Shown here piece by piece: positions 22,445 to 34,587 of a stretch of 64,000 nucleotides of DNA (the stretch's first letter is position 1; each line of letters begins with the position of its first letter). Both the position numbers and the translations under genes were made by a program. Location of the stretch: NCBI GenBank assembly GCA_947585065.1, contig CANPWX010000001.1:7274-71273 (forward strand), read 5' to 3'. This stretch comes from an uncultured Bacilli bacterium (GTDB lineage Bacteria > Bacillota_I > Bacilli_A > RF39 > UBA660). Under the pieces are notes generated by a model. The model saw only the letters and a list, made by a program, of their open reading frames with translations. It searched no databases and was not told the DNA's origin.

Positions 22445-24771
22445 CCTTGTAATTTCTTACTATGTTTATATCTATCTTCAGTTTCCGCCTGTTTTCCTTT
22501 ATTAAACGCTGTCTTATAGTCGCCAGTAAGATAGCCTGTTACGCGACGAAGTTGTTGAATATGTTCACTATCACACATAGGACAATGGTCATTGAATTCA
22601 TCGCAATATCCACATTCAAGACAAGTGTCATTTGGAACATTCAAAGCGAAGTAAGGTATGTCTTTATCTATAGCATAATTAACTATTTGTTCAAGTGCTT
22701 CTAAATTATTTTTAACTCCACCATCTAATTCTACATAAGTAATACAACCAGCAGAACTATATCCAGTTAATTGACTTTCAATATCAATTTTGTCATATGG
22801 ACTCATTTCTTCTCATACTGGAACATGGATACTATTAGTGAAGTATTCTCTATCGCTAATATTTGGTATTTCTCCATATCTCTTTTTGAATTTCTTCATT
22901 GCGGTATAGCAAAGATTTTCAGCTGGGGTATAGTAAACACCAAAATTTAATTTATATTCTTCTTTAAATTCAGCACAACGTTTTTTAAATAATGCTTCAA
23001 TTTTTTTAGCAAGTTCCATACCTTCTTCAGTTGTATGGTCTTTACCAATTAAGATTTGAAGTGTTTCCGCAAGACCAATTTGACCCAAAGCCAAGGTACC
23101 ATGCTTCAATGCACTTCGAATACCTTCTTCAGGAACATAGCCTGCCATTAAACCATTCTCATACATAAACTTTGCAGACTCGGGTGATTGAGAACAGATA
23201 TAATCAAATCTTTCAATTAGCATATCTTTTGCTTCATAAATTTTATCATTTAATAATCTTAAGAATATGTCAATAACTTTGTTAGGATCAAAATTTTGAG
23301 TTCTAATTTCTTCTTTTGCTTCCATAGCAAGAGTAGGCATTATTATAGTAACAGGACATATATTACCTCTACCATCCTTAAGTTGTCCAAATCCGTTTAT
23401 ATCGAAACCATTCGCCGTACGGCACCCCATCGTAGAGAAATAAGTTCTAGGGTCATTTAGATCATAACCTACATTACCGCTCCAGTCTACATTTGCATAA
23501 TTTGGATATAATCTTTGAGCTGTTGATTTAAGTGCTAATTGGAATAAATCGTAGTTAGGATCTCCAGGTTTTCGGTTAACACCTTTCATACATTGAAATA
23601 TACCACATGGGAATATAGGTGTTTTTCTTACTTTGCCTACGCCTTTAATAGAACCTTCAAGCAATGCTTTTGTAACCATTCTGCCTTCAGGAAGCGTGCA
23701 TGTTCCATAATTAATGCTCGTGAATGGAAGTTGATTTCCAGATCTAGATTGAAGTGTATTTAGATTATGATACATACCTTCTACTGCTTGTTTTAATTCA
23801 CGTTCAGTTCTTTGATAAGCATCATCAAAAGCCATAGTATATTTATCTTTTTTATTAAATTCATAATCTAAAATACTAATGTCTTTTACTTTATCTTCAT
23901 AAATAGCTTTACCAAGCTCTGCACGGAACTCTTCTATTTCATCTATTTTTCTTTTGTTTTCATCTGAATAATCATTGTAATTTTTAACTTCTGGTTGGCT
24001 ACCAAAAACAAAAGCAGATTCAATATCTAGTGCTTCTTGTAAATGTTTATAAAAAGATTTACGAACATATGGAACCATAGTTCAATCTAGGTGCGTTGCG
24101 GAAACACCACCAAACTGCTGCAATGACTGAAGTTGAAATATTACTGCAACTAATTGAAATGCAGTATTGATTGATTGAGCTGGACGAACATCTGTTTGTC
24201 TAGTGTTAAAACCTTTTGCTAATAAATCATCAAAAGGTACAGATAAACAGTTATGCATACCAACTGCATAGCTATCAAGGTCGTGAATATAAATTTCATT
24301 ATTTAAATGATTATTTCTAGCCATTGGTGATATTATGTAATTTAATGCATAGTCTTTCATTAACTCGCTACGGGCTTCACCCATACGACCTCCAAATGAA
24401 TGTTCATCAACATTAGCATTTTGATTTTGAACATCAGAAGCATCAAGTTTTTCAGCTATATTTTTAATTAGCTCTGAGTTCTTTTGTCTTATTTTATTTC
24501 TTTCTTCTCTATAAAGGATATATGCTTTTGCGACATCTTTTCTTTTAGTAGACATTAAACCTTTTTCTACTAAATCTTGAATTTCTTCAATTCCAGGTGT
24601 CTCTTCTACTTCTTCATAATATCCTTCAATAAAATCTGCAATATTTTCAGCTTTTATTTCAGCATATTCAGTTATTTCTCCGTCTACGCTTTTAAAAGCT
24701 GCAAGTATTGCTTTTTGAATTTTTGATGGATCAAATTCTACTATTCTTCCATCGCGTTTCTTTACGTTCAT
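22435..24771 (-). CDS. nrdD: Anaerobic ribonucleoside-triphosphate reductase NrdD (about 778 codons; track ORFs 24082-24771, 22813-24078 and 22435-22806 joined by two in-frame TGA)
   Basis: Class III RNR features: N-terminal ATP-cone-like MNVKKRDGRIVEFD, C-terminal zinc ribbon CLECGYC..CPMCDS, and glycyl radical motif RRVTGYL. The junctions are exactly TGA, in frame. Confidence 0.8.
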
Positions 24772-24902
24772 ATTTCAGTCCTCCTTAGTATATATTTAAT
24801 TCAAGGAATTAACCTTACATATAATATGAATTTATATTTTAATAGATTATATTAATTTGACCTGCGGCAACCGAGGTGTGTCGCCCGGTTGACCGGTTAC
24901 CG

Positions 24903-27900
24903 CTAGTCTTCAGTAATACCTTCTCTATCGTGAGTTAAATTAATACTACCATCATAATAAACATCAGTTATCTTGTAAAGTTGGTGGCAGCCACTATTCT
25001 TGTATGTCTTTGTCACAAACGAATCGTCCCTACGATAACCAGCAACTAATAACTTAATGCCTCTTGTGAACCAGCCCTTTTCTACTACGTGTTTCACTCC
25101 ATCTTCGCCAAGCTCACTTAATTGTCTATTATACATTGCATAATATTCTTTTGTAAATTTAACATTTACAACACCTGTTGGAGTTAATAATGTTACAGAT
25201 GAACGATTGTCATTTTTGCCAATAACTGTTCCAATTATCTTATAAATTTTATAAATAGGAATATCATGACCATTCCTTTTGAAGAATGTATCTACAATAG
25301 GTTCAGATGGAAGATTATTAAAATCTACAATACCATATTTATCTACATTAACATTTTTTAATTCATGTTCATGATAATAGAAACATAATGCCTCCATTTC
25401 ATATGAGCTAATATTACCTAATGCATATTTATCCCAACACTCTTTAAATAATAATGTATTAAATTTTTTTAATATTTCTTCTTGATTTTCTTTAATCCAA
25501 TCTCTTGCTCCATCCATTACGTTTTGATAAATTTTTTCCCATATTGTTTGTTGGATACAAGTTAAACCATTAATTACTTCAAGTTTATCCAAATCAAAAT
25601 TCTTATTATAAAATTCTTCACAAGCATTATCAAATACAAAATATTTGCCTACTTTTTTATTTGCTTTTAAGTATTTTGTAAATAAATAAGTTCTTTTTTG
25701 TAAATCTAAACTTGCGGGAACTAAATCATGTTGAATTAAACCATTAAAATTTTGTAGAGTTATTCTTTTTTTTGCTTCACATACTTTAGATACATAATAC
25801 ATCATAACAAATTTTCGAGGTTCAATACCCATCTCAGCGGCGGTTGCCGCATCAGTCTTATCAAATGCTCCACCTTTAATTAAACTAAACATTGCACTTT
25901 TATTTAATGGACATCTATTTATAAAATCTGCTATATTTATATAAGGTCTAAATTTAATTATTTGTTCTATTGTTGAACTATTAACATTACTTAAGGCTTT
26001 CATACCAAATAATATTTCATTATTTTCAACATCTGGTTTAAAACTGTAACTAGATTTATTTATATCTACTAAACTAACTTTAATGCCTCTTGATATAATA
26101 TCTCCAATAGCTTTTGCAATTTTACCATAATCAGTTGCTTTTTCTTTTTTTTCAACAATATTACCTTCATCATCTTCTTCATACATTGAATCATCTTCTT
26201 CAAGACTACCGCTATTAACAACTAAACATGCGGTATTCCAATATATTGGATTCCATCTTGTTGCTATATACATAGTTTGGAAACCTATAAAACTATATGC
26301 CAACGCATGAATGATACTAAATGAATAACCCATTTGAGGTCCAACTCCGCATGTCCAAACGTAATGTCCTAAACAAGATGATTTTGCTTGAGTTAATACT
26401 TTATTTTTTAATTCAGGAATTTTACTCATTTGTTTTTTACCAACTACTTTACGTGCGGCATTTGCTTCCGCAAGAGTAAAACCACAAATGTTTTCATCCA
26501 TTAACATTCTCATAAGTTGCTCTTGACTTGGTGGAACTCCATAAGAACTTTTAAAATATGGTTCTAATGCTAATTGTTCTGTTTGAGTTAATCCATACTC
26601 TCTCATTTCTTTATACCATAAAGATATATCATTTTTAAATCTAATATATTTTTCCATTGGAGCTTCTTGACCTTTTTCCGCAGTCATTAATCTCATTAAA
26701 CCATTAGCATCCGCCATTTCCATCATACTTTGAGGTTTAATTTTCTTTGCAGCTTGTCCTCCAACTTCGCTATCAAATTGGAAGATATTTAATACACTAT
26801 TCTCTTGAAGAACTTTCCAAGTATTTTGGTCTTCAATAGGTAAAACACTTGGATGAAAATATTTATCATATACTTCTCTTAATGTTAAATCGCTATCAAT
26901 TTCTCCATATTCTTGTAATAACCTAATTGCTTCACATAATTTATCTTGGACTTCTGTTACTAGAAAATCATATTTAGTCATTCCGCATGCTTCACACATA
27001 TGCAAATCATATGCAGTTATAATCTCACCTTTTGGTGTTCTCATAAATGTTCCAAATTCATATGGGTCTTCATCAAATAAAATTACACCTGATGCATGAC
27101 TACTTCTTTTATTTACTAATCCTTCAATACCTTCCATAATCTCTAATAAACCTGGATACATATTAACTTCATTAATAAACATTTTAATTGGTTTTCTACC
27201 TTTATCTTCATTACCATTTATAACATCACTTAATGACCATAAGAAACCACGTTCACTAGGAATTAATGAACTTAAATATTGTGCGGTATCTACATCTATT
27301 CCATCCGGGTATTCTTCACTTCTGTACCCGCGGCAAGCTGTTAAAATTGTTGAACGAGTTCCTTCTGTTCCAAATGTTGCAATTAATGTACAACCTAGAT
27401 TTTTACGACTTAAATCATCAATTTCTGCATTAAATTTTTTTCCACGCTCTTCTTTTATTTTCTTTAAGATTAAAGGTCTTTTACTTGGACATAAATCTAA
27501 ATCTATATCTCCTAATTCAACTCTTTCTTTATTCAAATATCTCCAAAATGGAAGATTCCATTTAATTGGATCAAGTTGAGTTATACCTAATAAATAATGA
27601 TTTAATCCTGAACAACTTGAACCACGACCTGCGCCAACCATACTGCCGCATTCCCAAAATAAATCTACATAATGTTGTAAAGTTACTGGATACATAAACA
27701 TATTAGTTCCTAATTTTTCACTAATTGTTTGTTTAATATCAGCTTCTTCTTCAAGTCTACTTAAATATTCATCATTATATTTATCTATTTTAATTAATTT
27801 ACTTACACATTCATTTACCCAATATCTATTTACTTTATCATCTGATATAAACATATCTTTTAATATTGGATATTTATTTATTTCTTCTGGAATAGCTTTT

Positions 27901-28859
27901 ATATAATCTTTAACTTCTACTTTTGGAATAGTTTGATTATGTGCTAAACTAAAATTCTCTATTTTATTATAAATTTCAAAACTATTACCAAACATTTCAT
28001 TTATAAATTCTTCACTAAAATCTGATGCTTTTAAATTTTCTATTATTTCTTCATTACTTTGAAGATAAGCATATTCATAAAAACTATCTACTTCACGTTC
28101 TCCAAATTTACTATTTAAATATGCTTTATGAACGTATCTATCTTCTTTTTTAAGATAATGTGCATCACTACCAATTACCATTTTTAAATCAAATGCTTTT
28201 GCAATAGAAGGAAATCTTTTATTAACTGCAATTTGTTCTGCACTACAACCTGGCGCACATTCTATATAAAAATTATCTTCGCCAAACACTTCTTTACACC
28301 ATAACAAAAAATTTACTATATTATTATGTGCAGTCTCCGCACCATATACATCATTTATTTTTTCTGCATTTATTAAATTTAAAGTATTAACACTTAATTC
28401 TCCACCTAAACAAGCAGTTGTTGCTATTAAAGTATTTGGATATTTTTTCATTATTTCTTCAATATCACTTTTTAAAGTTGGAACTCTTTCTAATCCTCTG
28501 TCCCAATAACTATTCATCCATGCTCTTGATGATAACTCTCTTAATGCTCTATATCCTTCTTTATTTTTTGCAATTAAAATAAAGTGATAATATCTTTGTC
28601 CCATATCACGTGTATCTGTTAAATAAATTTCATTACCTAATGCGACTTTAAAGTCAGGATGTTCTTTATGAATTTCGTCTGCATAAAAATTAACTTCTGG
28701 TGCTGCTGAAAGACACTCATGGTCTGTGATTGCAATACCAGCTAAACCTAATTCAATTGCTCTATTAATTAAATTTTTTGGACGATTGATTGAGTCTAAA
28801 AGTCTCAAATTACTATACATAGTGTGTGAGTGCGGCTCAAAACGTGGATTCATAAACAT
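24903..28859 (-). CDS. dnaE: DNA polymerase III alpha subunit (DnaE-type, N-terminal PHP domain), 1318 aa, no TGA
   Basis: PHP motif HSHTMYS..DH at the N-terminus. Size and overall architecture fit DnaE. All roughly 20 Trp codons are TGG. Confidence 0.8.
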   Translation of the reverse strand: MFMNPRFEPHSHTMYSNLRLLDSINRPKNLINRAIELGLAGIAITDHECLSAAPEVNFYADEIHKEHPDFKVALGNEIYLTDTRDMGQRYYHFILIAKNKEGYRALRELSSRAWMNSYWDRGLERVPTLKSDIEEIMKKYPNTLIATTACLGGELSVNTLNLINAEKINDVYGAETAHNNIVNFLLWCKEVFGEDNFYIECAPGCSAEQIAVNKRFPSIAKAFDLKMVIGSDAHYLKKEDRYVHKAYLNSKFGEREVDSFYEYAYLQSNEEIIENLKASDFSEEFINEMFGNSFEIYNKIENFSLAHNQTIPKVEVKDYIKAIPEEINKYPILKDMFISDDKVNRYWVNECVSKLIKIDKYNDEYLSRLEEEADIKQTISEKLGTNMFMYPVTLQHYVDLFWECGSMVGAGRGSSCSGLNHYLLGITQLDPIKWNLPFWRYLNKERVELGDIDLDLCPSKRPLILKKIKEERGKKFNAEIDDLSRKNLGCTLIATFGTEGTRSTILTACRGYRSEEYPDGIDVDTAQYLSSLIPSERGFLWSLSDVINGNEDKGRKPIKMFINEVNMYPGLLEIMEGIEGLVNKRSSHASGVILFDEDPYEFGTFMRTPKGEIITAYDLHMCEACGMTKYDFLVTEVQDKLCEAIRLLQEYGEIDSDLTLREVYDKYFHPSVLPIEDQNTWKVLQENSVLNIFQFDSEVGGQAAKKIKPQSMMEMADANGLMRLMTAEKGQEAPMEKYIRFKNDISLWYKEMREYGLTQTEQLALEPYFKSSYGVPPSQEQLMRMLMDENICGFTLAEANAARKVVGKKQMSKIPELKNKVLTQAKSSCLGHYVWTCGVGPQMGYSFSIIHALAYSFIGFQTMYIATRWNPIYWNTACLVVNSGSLEEDDSMYEEDDEGNIVEKKEKATDYGKIAKAIGDIISRGIKVSLVDINKSSYSFKPDVENNEILFGMKALSNVNSSTIEQIIKFRPYINIADFINRCPLNKSAMFSLIKGGAFDKTDAATAAEMGIEPRKFVMMYYVSKVCEAKKRITLQNFNGLIQHDLVPASLDLQKRTYLFTKYLKANKKVGKYFVFDNACEEFYNKNFDLDKLEVINGLTCIQQTIWEKIYQNVMDGARDWIKENQEEILKKFNTLLFKECWDKYALGNISSYEMEALCFYYHEHELKNVNVDKYGIVDFNNLPSEPIVDTFFKRNGHDIPIYKIYKIIGTVIGKNDNRSSVTLLTPTGVVNVKFTKEYYAMYNRQLSELGEDGVKHVVEKGWFTRGIKLLVAGYRRDDSFVTKTYKNSGCHQLYKITDVYYDGSINLTHDREGITED

Positions 28860-28881
28860 CTTCCTTTCTTATCTTATATAT

Positions 28882-28910
28882 ATTATATCAAAAATTAAAA
28901 TAAAAATCAA
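28882..28910 (-). promoter_or_regulatory. Sigma-A-type promoter (TTGATT-N17-TATAAT on - strand) for the Pol III alpha gene
   Basis: Reverse complement reads TTGATTTTTATTTTAATTTTTGATATAAT. Confidence 0.55.
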
Positions 28911-29548
28911 ATGGATTACACACTTGCGCGTCTAATCCAATGAATCTTTGTATCCGTAAAAGTATTCTGTTTATCTCAATAAAACCATGCATAGGCTTGA
29001 GCTGATGCTTCAGTATCTGACGTATCTCCATTTTTATAACATTTAATTCTATCTACATAAACTCAAACATGAGAAGGGGGATTATTTTTAAATATATTTT
29101 CATATCTGTTTTTACCTTCTAAAAATTGTAATCTACCTAACATTAATATACCTTTATCCGCAATTTCTAATGCTCTAATTACAAAAGGTTCAATTGTAGA
29201 ATAAGGCGGGTTCATTATAATATAATCAATATTTTCATTTATGGGATAATTATCTGATAAAAAATCATATCCTTCTCCAGTATAATGTTCAAAATTATAA
29301 TCTTCAGTCGCTCGTTCGCGAATATCTGTAGCTATAAGATTAGATTTTGAGTAGTATTTTTTTATAGCTTTTACCATAGCTCCATCTCCGCAACAGGGTT
29401 CTAATATAGTTCCATCAAAGAAAAAAGGTATTAAACTAAGTATATTTTCAACTTCTTCTGTCGGAGTTGAATAATAATCTAACGCATCGCGTTCTTTATG
29501 TTTTTTATCGTAACTATTATATAGTCCTTGTTTATTATAACTTTTCAT
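28895..29548 (-). CDS. DNA N6-adenine methyltransferase-like protein (3 in-frame TGA in C-terminal extension)
   Basis: Motif IV IIMNPPYS and motif I-like LEPCCGDG. The ORF reads through TGA at 29063, 28976 and 28907 to TAA at 28895. Confidence 0.5.
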
Positions 29549-30051
29549 TAAAAATTAAACTCCTTATCTTTTATTATTAATTTTTGAATTGGATATTCTA
29601 GTTCATTACACTCAATACCATGTGCTTTAAAATATTCTTGTAGCGGTTTCCGCTCACTACATGGATTATTTGGTGTTTCATAAACTATTAACACTATTGT
29701 TATTTCTTCTTTTATATTTTCTTTCTCTTGATATAATTTTGCTAATTCTTCAAAATCTTTATATAATATATTAAAATCTATATTTTCTAAATTTTTTCTA
29801 TAATTATTTAAAAAAGAACAAGTAGTATAATCTTTTCCTTCGCATGGACATACTTCAGGCCCATGATTAGATTGTCTACCTTGTTCTATTATACTTTCAC
29901 ATCTTAAACCATTTAATATGCCTCGTTTATCATAGAACAAATGATTATAATCTCTAGTGAAGTTGTGAAATCACATTGGGTCTCAGATAGCAGTAGAAAC
30001 AGGTATGAAATTTTTTGGGAAATTTCTTATTTGATAAAAATAACTAGTTGC
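29548..30051 (-). CDS. Hypothetical Cys-containing protein (N-terminal extension through 2 TGA; start uncertain)
   Basis: Track ORF 29548-29940 continues upstream in frame through TGA codons. Start candidates are TTG or ATG. An RBS-associated ATG lies in another frame. Confidence 0.3.
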
Positions 30052-30127
30052 TATTTTCAAAAAACATCCACCTTTCTATGATAAGGATAGCTAGCAAAGC
30101 TAGCATCTATAGGCGGCAACCGCGCTA

Positions 30128-30415
30128 TTATGCCACTTTATCGGCACCTTCCGCCTTCTCATACCGGTTTCCGCGATAAATTTTCTTTCTATTAAAATAT
30201 CTAATTGCATTGCCTAATATTATTTCATCTAATTGCTCTTGAGTTTTTTCTTTACCTTTAACTCTCCATCTAAAAGCAAATTTTGTAGGTCGACTGCCTG
30301 GATATAAATCTATAATTTTCCAAACTCCTAATTTAGTTCTGTCTTTTGGTGTATCCATATACCACACGGCATATCTATTGTTTACTACTTTTTGTATATT
30401 ATATTTTTTATTCAT
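30128..30415 (-). CDS. Hypothetical basic protein (95 aa)
   Basis: Intact ORF. The 3' end contains a GC-rich GCGGAAACC motif. Confidence 0.4.
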   Translation of the reverse strand: MNKKYNIQKVVNNRYAVWYMDTPKDRTKLGVWKIIDLYPGSRPTKFAFRWRVKGKEKTQEQLDEIILGNAIRYFNRKKIYRGNRYEKAEGADKVA

Positions 30416-30430
30416 TCTTTCTTTCTCCTC

Positions 30431-31216
30431 CTAATCTTCTATAACGCCATAATATTCTTTCTCATTATCTGGCGTTAAAAGATAACGAGTGGTTTCTAAT
30501 TTTAAATCATTTAAGTTATATTCTTTATTATAAGGAATTCTTATTAAAGGAATATTATGCTCAAAACAATATTTATTTTTTTCTAAATCATTTTTATGTA
30601 CTGTTTCAAAATCTTGATGGAAATGACCTTTTTCAAAATGTTGTACTCCATCATATTCAATAATATAAATTAATGTATCATTATTGAATACTGCTACATC
30701 ATAATATAATTTATCACAAACTCTATTAGAATATAAATCACTAAAACTATATTGCTGTTTAAATGTAATATTCATTTCTTCTAACATTTGTGCAATTTTA
30801 CTTTCATTCATACTATTGATACATCCACAACTTTTAGTATCTCCATTTTCTAAATAATCGCCTCTTACACAAACATTTTGTCTACCACATTTTAAACAAT
30901 CACAAATTCAATATGTTCCTCCATATTTTTTATTAGGAGCTTCTTCTTTTGTTGCAATACGTTTTACTAATAAATAACCATATTGTTTGCCTATCCTATC
31001 TTTAATATTTGCTTGTCTCATCTTTTCTATTTTATTGCATCCGCAACAAGTTGAACGACCGGACCTTAAATGTCCTCCAGCAACTACTTTAATAGTTTTA
31101 TTGCATAAAGTACATTTACATAATCATTGAGCTTTTCCACCTTTATCATTTTCAGCTCTTTCTAATACATGTCAATAACCAAAATCTTGACCTGTTAAAT
31201 CAATTAATTTGCTCAT
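30431..31216 (-). CDS. Zn-ribbon-rich protein with C-terminal PD-(D/E)xK-like nuclease-like domain (4 TGA)
   Basis: RBS AAAAGGAGAG then ATG at 31214-31216. Repeated CxxC pairs. C-terminus IYIIEYDGVQH..K.. is like small Vsr/DUF559-type endonuclease folds. It joins track ORF 30431-30811 through TGA codons. Confidence 0.35.
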
Positions 31217-31285
31217 AAATATCTCTCCTTTTCACTTGTATTTAAAACTTGTGGTAAGTAATTTTAATACTTATGACCAGTGTTA

Positions 31286-32479
31286 TTAATTATTTTTTAT
31301 TATAACAAGTCGTTTTATAGCTCTAGTAGCACATGTATATAAAAATTTTCGATGTTCTTCTGGATTATATGGGAAGCTCTCTTCAATTACTAAAACATTA
31401 TCCCATTCACTTCCTTGCGCTTTCCAGCCTGTAATAGCGTAACCATAAGTGAATTGATCTGGAACAGAATTCTTATAATTAATGGTTCTATTCATATTAT
31501 AAGAAGTTTTCCAATCTAATCCAGGTTCACCAGTTAGTATTAATTTTTTATCCATAGTTATTTCTCCATAATTTGCATTAGCATCTGATATAAATTCTGA
31601 TATAATTAAATCTAACTTTTTAGGTTTTTTATCACTACTTAATTTAGCAGGTATTTGAAGATAAGTATTAAATGGATTTTTTAAATAACCAATAGTTCCA
31701 TTAACTAATGGATCGCCATCATCTGAGTATATATCCCAATTATTTTTTAAACATATAACTTTGTCTCCATCTTGCGGGTCTCCTTCTCTACCTAATAAAT
31801 CTCGCATTTGATTATTTAAAGCTATTCTAGTTGCATTAGTAGCACAAATAATTTGGTCAGCCCACATTAACATCCCAGTTGTAAGTTCACTTTTATTTAA
31901 TATTTGAACTTCTTTACCTTTATATTCAGTAAGCGGAAACCCCGCTCGAATATCCATAGTTAATTTAATAATCTCACTATCTTCTTCTTGACGCATAATT
32001 TCATCTAAAAATATATGTGGATTATCTAATAAATGATTATCTTCATCTTTACGAATAGGTGGCAATTGACCTGGGTCTCCTAAACACAAAACATATACAG
32101 GATATTTTGCTAATTGTTGAAATAATTCTTTTGGAACCATGGAACATTCATCAACAACCACAACTTTATAAGGAATACAATCAACTGGTTTACGCCAAAA
32201 AGTTCCATCAGCTCGTGGAATACTCTCATATAGTAATTTATGTAATGTACTTACATTTTTATTACCTTTCTTTTGTAATACTTGAGTTGCTTTACCTGTA
32301 AATGATGTATACACAACATCTTTTTCTGGATTAATATCAGATAAGGCGGCAATTATAAATTTAACTAGCGTGCTTTTACCAGTTCCTGCGAAACCTGATA
32401 TTACTGTATATCGTTGTCTATCTTTATATCTAGAAACTGCAATTTCTAAACCTTGTTTTTGTTTATCAGTTAATTCCAT
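31286..32479 (-). CDS. SF1 DNA helicase (Dda/RecD-like)
   Basis: Walker A GFAGTGKST, Walker B VVVDECSMV, GDPGQLPP motif. Confidence 0.65.
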   Translation of the reverse strand: MELTDKQKQGLEIAVSRYKDRQRYTVISGFAGTGKSTLVKFIIAALSDINPEKDVVYTSFTGKATQVLQKKGNKNVSTLHKLLYESIPRADGTFWRKPVDCIPYKVVVVDECSMVPKELFQQLAKYPVYVLCLGDPGQLPPIRKDEDNHLLDNPHIFLDEIMRQEEDSEIIKLTMDIRAGFPLTEYKGKEVQILNKSELTTGMLMWADQIICATNATRIALNNQMRDLLGREGDPQDGDKVICLKNNWDIYSDDGDPLVNGTIGYLKNPFNTYLQIPAKLSSDKKPKKLDLIISEFISDANANYGEITMDKKLILTGEPGLDWKTSYNMNRTINYKNSVPDQFTYGYAITGWKAQGSEWDNVLVIEESFPYNPEEHRKFLYTCATRAIKRLVIIKNN

Positions 32480-32537
32480 ATTTTGCCACCTTTCTTTATT
32501 ATATATTTATTATATCATTATTTTTATTTAAAATCAA

Positions 32538-32810
32538 TTAAAATAGGTAGTCACCAGACCCAGTTATTTCATAATCAGTTATGAAGATTTGTGGTGTAAT
32601 ATTTCCCATCCATTCATTTTGATTACATTTACCTACTACATTAATTGAAATATATGTTTCAGTAAAATTTTGCAATGCATAGCATTCTTCTTCACTAGCA
32701 TCAAATTTCATTAAACTAATTTTATTAGGAAGAGTTATTTTCAATGTATTATTTGTTTTTCTATAAACAGTTACCATATCTTTAGTTATTTTTAAATTTT
32801 CAACTGCCAC
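32538..32810 (-). CDS. Hypothetical protein (90 aa)
   Basis: Intact ORF. Confidence 0.35.
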   Translation of the reverse strand: MAVENLKITKDMVTVYRKTNNTLKITLPNKISLMKFDASEEECYALQNFTETYISINVVGKCNQNEWMGNITPQIFITDYEITGSGDYLF

Positions 32811-32834
32811 AAGAGCTTCATTAAAATCTTTACC

Positions 32835-34367
32835 TCATAGATTATTTAAATTAGCAATAGTAAGAATTTCATCAGATTGAACATCAGCGCCTTGATATAT
32901 ATAATCTACATAATATATTGGCTCTGCGGAAATGTTCGCTAAAGCGTCATCAGTTTTAGATAAGAATTCTTCTAACCTATCTGCCGCAATGCAAAGTCCA
33001 AAAGCATTTTCATGTCCTTGGCACCATTCAGCACCCGCCGCCTCACATATAGATTTAAAATTAGTGATACCAGTTTGTTCATATCCACGTGCAGAACCTT
33101 GATATGTTATTTTTTCATCTGCTACCGCATTATATCTACCAGTTTCAAAATTAATCTCAGTAATCTTCATTGTTTTATAATTTGGTTCAATTACTTTTGT
33201 TAATATACAACAAGGTCTTTGATATTTATTTGCTATCTTATTAGCAATTAAGCCTGCTATATTTTTATCTATTTCTTTTATATCTAAAGCAAATAATATT
33301 ACTTTATGATTTAATAAATTTTCTTCTTCTATTGATTCTTCTAATATTGACATAGTTAAATCTTGTGCTTTTGTTTGTCTATTTTTTACATTAGTAGACA
33401 TGCGGACAGCCTGATCAACTAAACGTTCCATTTCTCCAAGTTTATGACCACGTTTATTCGAAGGTATTAATTGAAATGCTTCATAATTAAGCATTGACTT
33501 AAATAATAATTCTTTTTCTTCTATTGTACCACTGCGTTGAACTGCATTAATCATTGGTACGATATAAAATGCGGCGTCTATTGAGCGAATATGTTCGCCT
33601 AATTTAAACTTATTTTTTTGCCACATTTCAAATATATATGGATTATGAATTCTTGCAGGCTCAAAACCTTTCAATATTAAGTGTTTTGTTTCTATTGAGG
33701 TAAGACTCATCATATCTCCAGTAAGACCCAATGCCACTAAATCAAGATATTGGTCTGCATAATTCTTACCAAATAAACTATCTAAATATCTACAAAATTG
33801 TCATACTACACCAACTCCTGACAATTCTTTATTTGGATAATCACATAATTGATTATTTATTGTAATAGCATATTCACTTAAATGGTCTGCTAAATGATGG
33901 TCTAATATAATTGTTAATATTCCTTTATCTTTTAATTCTTTATGTTGTTCATAATCATTTGAAGATGAGTCTGGAGCTATTACTAATGAAAAATTTTTTG
34001 AATTAATATAATCCATAGTATCTTGTAAACCGTGTTGTTTGCCTTCATGAACTCACCAATGTAAATGATTTTCTACTCATGTTGGGAATACATCGTGAAG
34101 ATAATTGATTAATAATGCGGAAGCTGTAAAGCCATCGCAATCGCAGTCTACTATTACTACTGCATCTTTATCTTCACTAATACAAGATATAGCGGCAACC
34201 GCTGCAGCCTTTAAACAATCTTGTCCAAACGCACTTGGTTCATTAATATCCGCATCAGTAGTATTCAAATAATGTTGAATTTCTGCATATGGAATATGTC
34301 TATTAGTTAAAATAGTTTCTAAAGCGTTGTAATTTTTATTTATTGGGTTAATTAACTTATATTTCAT
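32835..34367 (-). CDS. DHH-family phosphoesterase (RecJ-like ssDNA exonuclease-like), 3 track ORFs joined by TGA
   Basis: Motif I DCDCDGFTAS and motif III ILDHH. The junctions at 34077 and 34053 are TGA, in frame. A C-terminal DHHA1-like region is present. Confidence 0.6.
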
Positions 34368-34368
34368 A

Positions 34369-34587
34369 TTATCTAAATCCTTTCATTTCTTCTGGAAACA
34401 CAACTGCATCTTGCATATTTACTATTCATTTACGACAAGCAAAATAGTCATCAAAATGTATTTCACACTCACCAGATTCTGTAACAGTATTGTCTGGGAA
34501 TTCATAACGAATATATCCAGTAAACCATACATCTCCAAATCCTGAAACTCCATATCCATTCACTATAAATTTACTTTTCATCTTCAT
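34369..34587 (-). CDS. Small hypothetical protein (about 72 aa, 1 TGA)
   Basis: RBS AAAGGAAG then ATG. Reverse translation gives MKMKSKFIVNGYGVSGFGDVWFTGYIRYEFPDN... Confidence 0.35.

Noticed and set aside
30060-30127. GC-rich block GGCGGCAACCGCG as a tRNA or terminator
   Set aside because: No cloverleaf or hairpin + T-run is present. It belongs to the dispersed GC-motif family, and part of it lies after a stop codon while the partner copy is coding.
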